DNA from: Cyclobacteriaceae bacterium | Lineage (GTDB): Bacteria > Bacteroidota > Bacteroidia > Cytophagales > Cyclobacteriaceae | Direction: 5' to 3' | Length of the DNA stretch: 64,000 nt | NCBI GenBank assembly: GCA_965229505.1 | Contig: OZ245881.1 | Coordinates: 4,050,675-4,114,674 of the forward strand | In this document: one piece after another, positions 19,101 to 25,102 of the stretch | How the letters are laid out: every line of letters begins with the position of its first letter | Position numbering within the stretch: the first letter of the stretch is position 1 | Notes under the pieces: model-generated | Told to the model about the DNA's origin: nothing | Seen by the model: only the letters and a program-made list of their open reading frames with translations | Databases searched by the model: none | Program-made: the position numbers and the translations under genes

Positions 19101-19936
19101 GACCCCTCATTCCGTTTTCCTTTCTCCTTGCGTCCAATTACTTTCTTGCCTTTCTCCTTAATCTCTTCTAATCCAATGATATGCAGTAGCTCATGGTAAA
19201 ACTGCTTGTTGAGGCTATTGCTATCATTGGCAAAGGGCAGCTTAAGCAGATGTACCGGAGAGAGTAGTTTGTATAGAGAGATGAGGTTACTGCCATCAGA
19301 TTCGTTAACTAGCTCTTTCTTATACTCACGAAGGTCAAACCATGTATAGGTTAGTTGATCTTTGACCTGATCAATAAAAGGTGCAGCAATGTCTTTGTAA
19401 AAGAGGTCGGTGCTGGAGCCGTCTTTCTGACCGGAAGTCCACTCCCGATAGGCCTTTTCCAGTTTTTTATTGCTGTAGAAATGACGGTAAAACTCTGAGG
19501 CATCAAAGATGAACCACTCATAGACATTAGTAACTATTAGGTGGCGGATGTCTTTATTCTCATCCTCTATGCGCTCTCTCAGGTAGTAAAGCAACAACTC
19601 TTGAAGTGCCTTAGCATTAAGCTGCTTTCGCGAAATCATTTCTGACTTATTGCTTGGCTTCTTGACTTCCAACAGTACTGCTGCTGGACTTTTTGGACTA
19701 TTGTCTTGCCGAATGACCAGATCTGTATTTCCTTTAGTGTTGATCCGATGCTGATCCTTATACCACGTTTCGTTAAGAAAACTAATCATGTCATTCTTGA
19801 CATGTTCTTCACTCTCAGATTCATCAAGTTCTTGGAGTAGCTTGTGAAGCTGATTGCGAAATATCTCTATGGATGTCTTAAGGACTTTTTGCCTTCGATA
19901 CGCCTTATTGAGGGATTTGGCCAGGCTTTTCTTCAT
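16133..19936 (-). CDS. Type IIG restriction-modification enzyme: N-terminal PD-(D/E)XK nuclease, gamma-class N6-adenine methyltransferase (Eco57I-like) and TaqI-like C-terminal specificity domain in one 1267-aa chain
   Basis: TDLVIRQDNSPKSPAAVLLEVKKP (D 19721-19723, EVK 19661-19669). Motif I ICDPAVGSGHFLV (18278-18304). FEWRFEFPEV...FDMIIGNPPY (NPPY 17402-17413). YGIKTGLNEAFVID (16856-16897). Confidence 0.85.
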   Translation of the reverse strand: MKKSLAKSLNKAYRRQKVLKTSIEIFRNQLHKLLQELDESESEEHVKNDMISFLNETWYKDQHRINTKGNTDLVIRQDNSPKSPAAVLLEVKKPSNKSEMISRKQLNAKALQELLLYYLRERIEDENKDIRHLIVTNVYEWFIFDASEFYRHFYSNKKLEKAYREWTSGQKDGSSTDLFYKDIAAPFIDQVKDQLTYTWFDLREYKKELVNESDGSNLISLYKLLSPVHLLKLPFANDSNSLNKQFYHELLHIIGLEEIKEKGKKVIGRKEKGKRNEGSLLENAIMVMDERDRIRMLDQPSHFGHSTGDQLYNVGLELCITWINRILFLKLLESQLVAYHKGDKQYRFLDITTVPNFDTLASLFFGVLARKSEERNDRYKEKYAHVPYLNSSLFEPTGLEEILEITQLNNDLKLDLYPHTVLKSEKGKKLTGQKDTLTYLFEFLAAYDFSSEGKEAIQEENKSLINASVLGLIFEKINGYKDGSFYTPGFITMYMCRETIRRAVVQKFNEAKGWSLDSFDQLHDRIDRDDKQGANEIINSLKICDPAVGSGHFLVSALNELIAIKSELKILLDRNGKTLRDYEVSIENDELIVEAEGELFDYVVGNKEKQRVQEALFHEKQTIIENCLFGVDINTNSVKICRLRLWIELLKNAYYKNATELETLPNIDINIKTGNSLISRFELDVDLKQVLKKSKGKWNITTYKLAIHNYHHAESKDEKRQIEKLINDIKSSFQTEIGNYSDPRKVKIAKLGAKLYELTGRGSDGFRMMLFEPKQNYGKDKASQKRRKEVEKLEAQIEKLTSELEDIKANKLYENAFEWRFEFPEVLDDAGNFTGFDMIIGNPPYIRQEELTDIKSHLSVNYTTYSGTADLYVYFVELGMKLLRDQGAFTFIIPNKWMRAGYGKKLRSFVKSHKIHQLLDFGDLPVFEEATTYPLIMELTKSTPTPEFRAVNFTSLDFDKNMDEHIQANSLDVLTKELGDEGWTLTDSKVQKLLAKLRSAGEPLGKYVEGKIFYGIKTGLNEAFVIDTATRKKLIKQDPASAEVIKPFLAGRDIKRYQQPSSDHHLILIKNGDTKTWFGDLKEKEALGKMKNKYPAIMKHLLRFETKAKARYDQGQYWWELRACDYYDEFEKEKILWPGISRDITSFAFDQSGYYGNDNNQMIVTSSKMIYGVLNSSVSKLFLSSICDFVRGGFARLKISYIEQIPIPIASSKQKELLDEKVESLINMTLVDSQNKRETLVKEIDRLVYDLYGLTEEEIKIVEGGVG

Positions 19937-19980
19937 TGGTGGTTATGCGTATCTTTTAGAGTAGTTAATATAGCATAGAT

Positions 19981-20011
19981 CAAAATCAATGACGAGTTTC
20001 TTGATAACAAG
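19981..20011 (-). promoter_or_regulatory. Candidate Bacteroidetes-type promoter for the R-M/Abi operon
   Basis: On the minus strand: CTTG (20011-20008), 19 nt, TGATTTTG (19988-19981). The consensus is TTTG-N19-21-TAnnTTTG. It lies about 45 nt upstream of the ATG at 19936. The match is imperfect. Confidence 0.3.
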
Positions 20012-20147
20012 TGAACTGAAAAAACTGCTGATTCAGATGAAGAGCGCATTAGAGGAATGGTTTTCAAAGTTTAGTTTTTCTGCTGAGTATCAATGAATAG
20101 AAGGGGTCTAGGGCTGTTATTTATCAGGAGGTAGTTACAGTTCAAAG

Positions 20148-20231
20148 TTTTCATAGGCATAAAATGAAAATTTCATGCCTATGAAAATAATATTTCATGC
20201 CTACAATTTTTTGAAGAGATAGGCATGAAAT
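20148..20231. repeat. Two tandem hairpins built from four copies of the ATGCCTA/TAGGCAT core
   Basis: IR1 is TTTTCATAGGCAT (20148-20160) / ATGCCTATGAAAA (20175-20187). IR2 is ATTTCATGCCTA (20192-20203) / TAGGCATGAAAT (20220-20231). The array sits directly 3' of the HU-like gene stop (20234) and upstream of the R-M operon. Confidence 0.6.
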
Positions 20232-20233
20232 GA

Positions 20234-20617
20234 TTAACTCTTTTGATAGCTGGCCGATTTTCGCATTGCCTGGAGCTTTTTGCCAGGTGTGAAGATGACT
20301 TTATTACCCTTGATCGACGAGGCATTGACCTCTTCTGGAGTATCAACACCATTACTGCCCACAGACATCCTGAGACTTCCCAGATCACCCAATCGGACGA
20401 TTTGACTGTTGGCTAGTTGGTCAGTGGCCACATCGACCATCGCATAGAGCACTGCCCTGATATCTGCACCACTGACGGTGCTGATCTTTTCGATGCTCTT
20501 AGTGAGATCATCGATATTGACTTCACCGGTCATTACTGCGGTTGCGTAGAATTTTTTCTCCCCGCCACCCGCTACACCTGGTTGGCCTCTTTCAATTACT
20601 TTGTACTTAATAGGCAT
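20234..20617 (-). CDS. Bacteroidetes-type HU-related DNA-binding protein
   Basis: 127 aa: MPIKYKVIERGQPGVAGGGEKKFYATAV..GEVNIDDLTKSIEKISTVSGADIRAVLYAMVDV...VRLGDLGSLRMSV, typical of the HU_rel/HU-HIG family. Confidence 0.8.
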   Translation of the reverse strand: MPIKYKVIERGQPGVAGGGEKKFYATAVMTGEVNIDDLTKSIEKISTVSGADIRAVLYAMVDVATDQLANSQIVRLGDLGSLRMSVGSNGVDTPEEVNASSIKGNKVIFTPGKKLQAMRKSASYQKS

Positions 20618-20906
20618 GATAGATAAGATTTAGTTGCAACATACTATTTATCTCATCTCTATTAGCTAGGACTAGTCTCGTGTTGAAAAAAATGAAACTA
20701 GTGTAATGAATCTATGCAAAACTGATTTATCAATCAAATAATATTTATCTTTTTTAAACATGATGATTGTTTGGTAAACTCTTACTGATTGTCTTGGTAC
20801 CCTACGACTTGAAACTGGAGTTACTTCATAAGTAGCCTGCAATTCGAATGACATCTAGCAACTCGAAACTTCCATTTATCTAATCTTGCAGGGTACTTTT
20901 GCAGCC

Positions 20907-21509
20907 ATGACTTTACTCTACGGGATAGACATCATCGGGACTTTTGTTTTTGCAATCAGTGGAGCGCTAGCCGGAACAGAAAAGAAGTTCGATCTCTTTG
21001 GGGCTTCTGTAATTGCGCTCGTGACAGCTCTTGGAGGAGGGACTATTCGCGATGTGCTGATTGGCAGCCATCCCGTCGGCTGGATGAATGATCTGAACTA
21101 CCTGTTGGCAGTGGCCATTGCGATTGGGGTGAGTGTGTTGTTTAAGCGATACGTGGTGCGGTTGCGTAAGACACTTTTCCTTTTTGATACGATTGGCATT
21201 GGTGTTTTCACCATCCTGGGCTTGCAAAAAACCCTGGCCTTGGGTTTGTCACCCATCATTGCCATCCTCATGGGGATGGTCTCTGCTGTTTTCGGTGGAG
21301 TCGTCCGTGACGTCCTTAGCAATGAGGACCCTTTGATTTTCCGACGTGAGATTTACGCCACTGCTTGCCTGGCAGGCGGGTTGGTTTATGTACTACTTGA
21401 CACGTTAGCCGTTCGCAGTGATGTCACGATCATACTGACCGTCCTTTTGATTATAGGCTTAAGGGTACTGGCGGTCAAGCGTCATTGGTACCTGCCAGTG
21501 ATCCGCTAG
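20907..21509 (+). CDS. Trimeric intracellular cation channel / UPF0126 (YadS-like) membrane protein
   Basis: Two repeats of the UPF0126 motif (IGTFVFAISGALAG...GGGTIRDVL and GIGVFTILG...GGVVRDVL). Confidence 0.8.
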   Translation: MTLLYGIDIIGTFVFAISGALAGTEKKFDLFGASVIALVTALGGGTIRDVLIGSHPVGWMNDLNYLLAVAIAIGVSVLFKRYVVRLRKTLFLFDTIGIGVFTILGLQKTLALGLSPIIAILMGMVSAVFGGVVRDVLSNEDPLIFRREIYATACLAGGLVYVLLDTLAVRSDVTIILTVLLIIGLRVLAVKRHWYLPVIR

Positions 21510-22201
21510 TACTCAAACGTAAAGCCCTTTTGCATGAGGGCATCATACACCGCTTTGTCAAACTTATAAAGGTTGGCGGCTCGATGCGCCACAGCCGTTT
21601 GCTTTTCATGGCAGTCAACCAGCAGGCCCATCTTCATGATCTTTCGACGAAAGTTGGGTTTATCGAGGGGTACGCCGAGTATGCTTTCATAGAGCGATTG
21701 CAATTGATGCAGGGTGAATTTTTCCGGTAGGAGGTTAAAGCCAATAGGCTCATGGCGTACTTTGTACTTCAGCTGCTGGATGCAAAAATCAATGATTTCC
21801 TGGTGGTCGTAGGGGAGGTCTTCAATTTCCGATAGGGTAAACCAGCGGGCATCCGAGGCGGTAAAACCGGGGATAAGATCATAAGCATCCGGTCGAACCA
21901 AACTATAGTAAGCGATAGTGATGACGCGCTTGTCAGGATACCGATCAAGACTACCAAAAGCCTTGACCTGCTCCAAAAAAATATCCCTGACGCCAGTAAG
22001 GTCAAAGAGTATCCTGTAAGCGGCCTCATCCAGTCCTTCATTATATTTTATCCAGCCACCGGGAAGTGCCCATCGACCTTTACTGATACCCTCGGCATGT
22101 TTGACAAGCAAGGTCTGCAGACCATCTTTATGAAGGCCAAAAATCAGGCAGTCAATAGAAAGTTCGTCAATGATTTGATCAGGAAATGCTTGTTTGGCCA
22201 T
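21506..22201 (-). CDS. NrtR-like transcriptional regulator (Nudix-fold sensor domain plus C-terminal winged helix)
   Basis: Nudix-like GGWIKYNEGLDEAAYRILFDLTG, where the catalytic REUxEE is replaced by RILFDL. C-terminal LLPEKFTLHQLQSLYESILGVPLDKPNFRRKIMKMGLLV is typical of the NrtR DNA-binding domain. Confidence 0.7.
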   Translation of the reverse strand: MAKQAFPDQIIDELSIDCLIFGLHKDGLQTLLVKHAEGISKGRWALPGGWIKYNEGLDEAAYRILFDLTGVRDIFLEQVKAFGSLDRYPDKRVITIAYYSLVRPDAYDLIPGFTASDARWFTLSEIEDLPYDHQEIIDFCIQQLKYKVRHEPIGFNLLPEKFTLHQLQSLYESILGVPLDKPNFRRKIMKMGLLVDCHEKQTAVAHRAANLYKFDKAVYDALMQKGFTFEY

Positions 22202-22444
22202 CTGAAGGACAAATTAACATGGCGTGCTGAGAATACCCATGACTAATGGTGATTTTGACCATATGGAGCTTATACTCCTTTGACATCAAATTGCTTAGCT
22301 TCGACCGATGGCGGTTAACGACAATAAATTAACCACTCAGCATATAAATGACCAATAGGTGTAATTTTTTAGTTCATATCTTAGTTTTGCGCGTTGTTAT
22401 GACTGGCCTTAGGCTGAGCCGGGCATTAACCTAAACTCAACAAG

Positions 22445-24970
22445 ATGATTTTTATGCTTCGTATATGTGCAGTGCTCGTATTGTTACCTGCAATCCTCGT
22501 CGCACAAGCACCCAAGAAATACAACGCCGCAGAAATTCAGGAGCTATTGGAGAAGCTCAATGTGCTGGGCTCTGTGATGTATGTTGCCGCGCATCCTGAT
22601 GATGAAAACACGCAGATGATTGCCTACTTCGCCAATGAGCGCAAGTACAGGACAGCCTACATGTCAGCAACAAGGGGTGATGGTGGTCAGAACCTCATCG
22701 GACCTGAGATTAGAGAGCTGCTTGGGTTGATTCGTACGCAGGAGCTGTTAGCTGCTCGGCGGACAGACGGAGGACAGCAGTTTTTTAGCAGAGCCAATGA
22801 TTTTGGGTATTCCAAAGATTCAGACGAAACCCTAAATATTTGGGATAAGGAAGAAGTGCTCTCCGACTTTGTTTGGAATATCCGCAAGTTCAGACCAGAT
22901 ATCATTGTGACCAGATTTGCACCGGAGTGGGGTGGACATGGACATCACACCACATCAGCCATCCTCGCCCTGGAGGCTTTCGATATTACCAATGACGCTT
23001 CGGCATATCCTGATCAGCTGAAGCATGTCCAACCATGGCAGCCGGAACGGATGTTTTGGAATATCAGCTGGTGGTTTTTTAGAAATAGCGATACAGAATT
23101 GGACACCACGCAAATGGTATCCCTGGATATTGGTGAGTATAATCCCTTGCTGGGAAAGTCTTACAATGAGATAGCCGCTGAAAGTCGCTCACAACATAAG
23201 AGTCAGGGATTTGGCTCGACAGGTAGCCGTGGTACGGATGTGGAATATCTGAAATACTGGAAGGGTTCTGAAGCGCAAAATGACCCTTTTGAAGGAATCA
23301 ATACTACATGGTCACGGGTGAAAGGTGGCGAAGAGGTAGCGCTATATACCCACAGGGCACAAGACAGCTTTGATCCGAGTAATCCAGCCGCTGTTGTACC
23401 CGATTTGATTGCTGCGGCCAAGGCACTTGAAAAACTGGATGACGACTTCTGGAAGCAAATCAAGCTTGCGGAAATAAAGACGCTGATCAAGGCATGTACT
23501 GGTATGTATATGGAGGTTAAAGCCAATGAATTTGCTGCCGTACCTGGTGACTCTCTCGGCATTAGCTTTGAAGCAATCAATAGAAGCAACGCAAAAGTAA
23601 AACTGACCGACCTTCGAATCGATCAGCTCAATTTACAACCTAAAAGACTTGATCAGCAGCTTGATTACAATCAGCCATTCAATATGGACCTCAACGTTCA
23701 ACTGCCAATGGATTTGCCGAACAGTCAGCCCTATTGGCTCATTGAGGAAGCGTCGCTAGGCATGTACAATGTGCCTGATCAGCTGCTTAGAGGCCTACCG
23801 GAAAATGAGCCGTCGGTGACTGCCGAAGCTACGGTTGAAATAGATGGCTACTACCTCGACTACCAGTTGCCACTGGTCTATAAGAGAAATGACCCTGTCG
23901 ATGGTGAGGTGTATCGACCATTCGTGATCACGCCACCTGTTTTCATGAATATCAAAGAAAAGGTCTATGTCATGGCCAGTGGTGCTACGAAAGAAGTCAC
24001 TGTCAAGGTCACTGCCGGCAAGGATAATATTAGCGGAAATACCTACCTGGTCTTACCAGAAGGCTGGACCGCAAATCCAGCTTCCTATGATTTCTCGATG
24101 GATATCAAGGGAACCGAACAGGAGTTTGTCTATGAAGTTATCCCTCCCAAAAATCAAAGCGAAGGAGAAGTTCTAGCCGAAACCAGGATGAACGGCACGG
24201 TCTACAACTCTAGTCTGACGACCATCGAGTATGACCATTTCCCCATCCAGACCCTGTTCTCAAAATCCACTGCTAAGGTGGTGAATATTGACATTGTCAA
24301 AAGAGGTCAAAACATCGGCTACATCATGGGGGCTGGTGATGAGATACCAGCCAGCCTCAGACAGATTGGCTACAATGTGTGGGAGATGAAGGATGAGGAC
24401 ATTACAGACGAAAATCTGGCCGGACTGGATGCGGTGATCATGGGTGTACGCGCCTACAATACAGAGGCGCGTCTAAAGTTTCATCAGGACAAGCTGATGA
24501 ACTTTGTCAAAAACGGAGGTAATATGATTGTCCAGTACAATACCAATCGTCGTTTAGTGGTGGACAACATTGCTCCCTATCCATTGACGCTATCTCGCGA
24601 TCGTGTGACTGTGGAGGAAGCTCCCGTACGCATCCTGGCGCCAGATCACCCTGTGATCACAGGCCCAAATAAAATCACCGAGGCTGATTTTGACGGTTGG
24701 GTGCAAGAGCGCGGACTGTATTTCCCCGATGAGTGGGACGAGCGATTTGTGCCTATTCTTTCCAGCAATGATCCTGGAGAATCTCCGAAGGACGGAGGGC
24801 TCTTGGTGGCCCAATATGGAGAGGGCTACTATATTTACTCGGGATACTCATGGTTTCGTGAGCTTCCGGCAGGAGTATCTGGTGCCTATCGTTTGTTTAC
24901 TAATATGATTTCGATAGGCAAGGAGCCTGCTTTGCAAGAGCAAAACAATATTGACACAGGAAAATTCTAA
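22445..24970 (+). CDS. PIG-L/LmbE family deacetylase, large multidomain secreted form
   Basis: Signal-like N-terminus. MYVAAHPDDEN and HHT motifs of the PIG-L family. 841 aa. Confidence 0.8.
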   Translation: MIFMLRICAVLVLLPAILVAQAPKKYNAAEIQELLEKLNVLGSVMYVAAHPDDENTQMIAYFANERKYRTAYMSATRGDGGQNLIGPEIRELLGLIRTQELLAARRTDGGQQFFSRANDFGYSKDSDETLNIWDKEEVLSDFVWNIRKFRPDIIVTRFAPEWGGHGHHTTSAILALEAFDITNDASAYPDQLKHVQPWQPERMFWNISWWFFRNSDTELDTTQMVSLDIGEYNPLLGKSYNEIAAESRSQHKSQGFGSTGSRGTDVEYLKYWKGSEAQNDPFEGINTTWSRVKGGEEVALYTHRAQDSFDPSNPAAVVPDLIAAAKALEKLDDDFWKQIKLAEIKTLIKACTGMYMEVKANEFAAVPGDSLGISFEAINRSNAKVKLTDLRIDQLNLQPKRLDQQLDYNQPFNMDLNVQLPMDLPNSQPYWLIEEASLGMYNVPDQLLRGLPENEPSVTAEATVEIDGYYLDYQLPLVYKRNDPVDGEVYRPFVITPPVFMNIKEKVYVMASGATKEVTVKVTAGKDNISGNTYLVLPEGWTANPASYDFSMDIKGTEQEFVYEVIPPKNQSEGEVLAETRMNGTVYNSSLTTIEYDHFPIQTLFSKSTAKVVNIDIVKRGQNIGYIMGAGDEIPASLRQIGYNVWEMKDEDITDENLAGLDAVIMGVRAYNTEARLKFHQDKLMNFVKNGGNMIVQYNTNRRLVVDNIAPYPLTLSRDRVTVEEAPVRILAPDHPVITGPNKITEADFDGWVQERGLYFPDEWDERFVPILSSNDPGESPKDGGLLVAQYGEGYYIYSGYSWFRELPAGVSGAYRLFTNMISIGKEPALQEQNNIDTGKF

Positions 24971-24973
24971 TTG

Positions 24974-25102
24974 ATGAGTGTAGAACAAGAAGAGGGCAAG
25001 CCTCCATTTTTTAGCACCTGGAGAGGGCTTTACATATTCGTATTGGTCTGGTTGGTTGCGTTGATTGGTTTGATGTATTGGTTTACAATTTCTTTTAGAT
25101 GA
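24974..25102 (+). CDS. Unannotated 42-aa single-TM peptide, apparently translationally coupled to the symporter gene
   Basis: My translation is MSVEQEEGKPPFFSTWRGLYIFVLVWLVALIGLMYWFTISFR. The ATG is 3 nt after the PIG-L stop. Its TGA (25100-25102) overlaps the symporter ATG (25099-25101). It is below the ORF-track length cutoff. Confidence 0.45.
   Translation: MSVEQEEGKPPFFSTWRGLYIFVLVWLVALIGLMYWFTISFR

Larger units (their letters stand above)
14492..20233 (-). other. Low-GC genomic islet carrying a three-gene putative defence operon plus its upstream region
   Basis: Hand counts on single 60-nt lines: 19/60 GC at 15061, 22/60 at 17701 and 25/60 at 14641 inside the islet, against 35/60 at 13441 and 32/60 at 20401 in the flanking genes. 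No integrase or transposase is present. Confidence 0.6.

Noticed and set aside
16133-19936. Possibility that the large methyltransferase is BREX PglX (or a DISARM or type I component) rather than a type IIG enzyme.
   Set aside because: No PglZ, BrxA/B/C/L, helicase, HsdR/HsdS or DrmA-like gene occurs anywhere in the window. The protein also carries its own N-terminal D...EVK nuclease-like motif and a TaqI_C-like specificity domain.
14477-20000. Possible direct repeats (att-like) flanking the low-GC island: GAATCAACTACG near 14478-14489 versus AAATCAATGACG near 19983-19994.
   Set aside because: The match is only about 9/11, short and AT-rich, which is easily chance. No integrase or tRNA target is present.
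19989-20096. 35-aa plus-strand ORF (MTSFLITSELKKLLIQMKSALEEWFSKFSFSAEYQ) divergent from the R-M operon. Could it be a controller (C) protein?
   Set aside because: It is far too short for an HTH C-protein, has no recognisable motif, and overlaps the candidate promoter. It could be a gene remnant. I am not calling it.
21506-21509. Convergent genes sharing overlapping stop codons through the palindrome CTAG (here and again at 38676-38679).
   Set aside because: This is a real sequence feature. It is a known consequence of compact genomes (TAG on both strands) and has no evident regulatory meaning.
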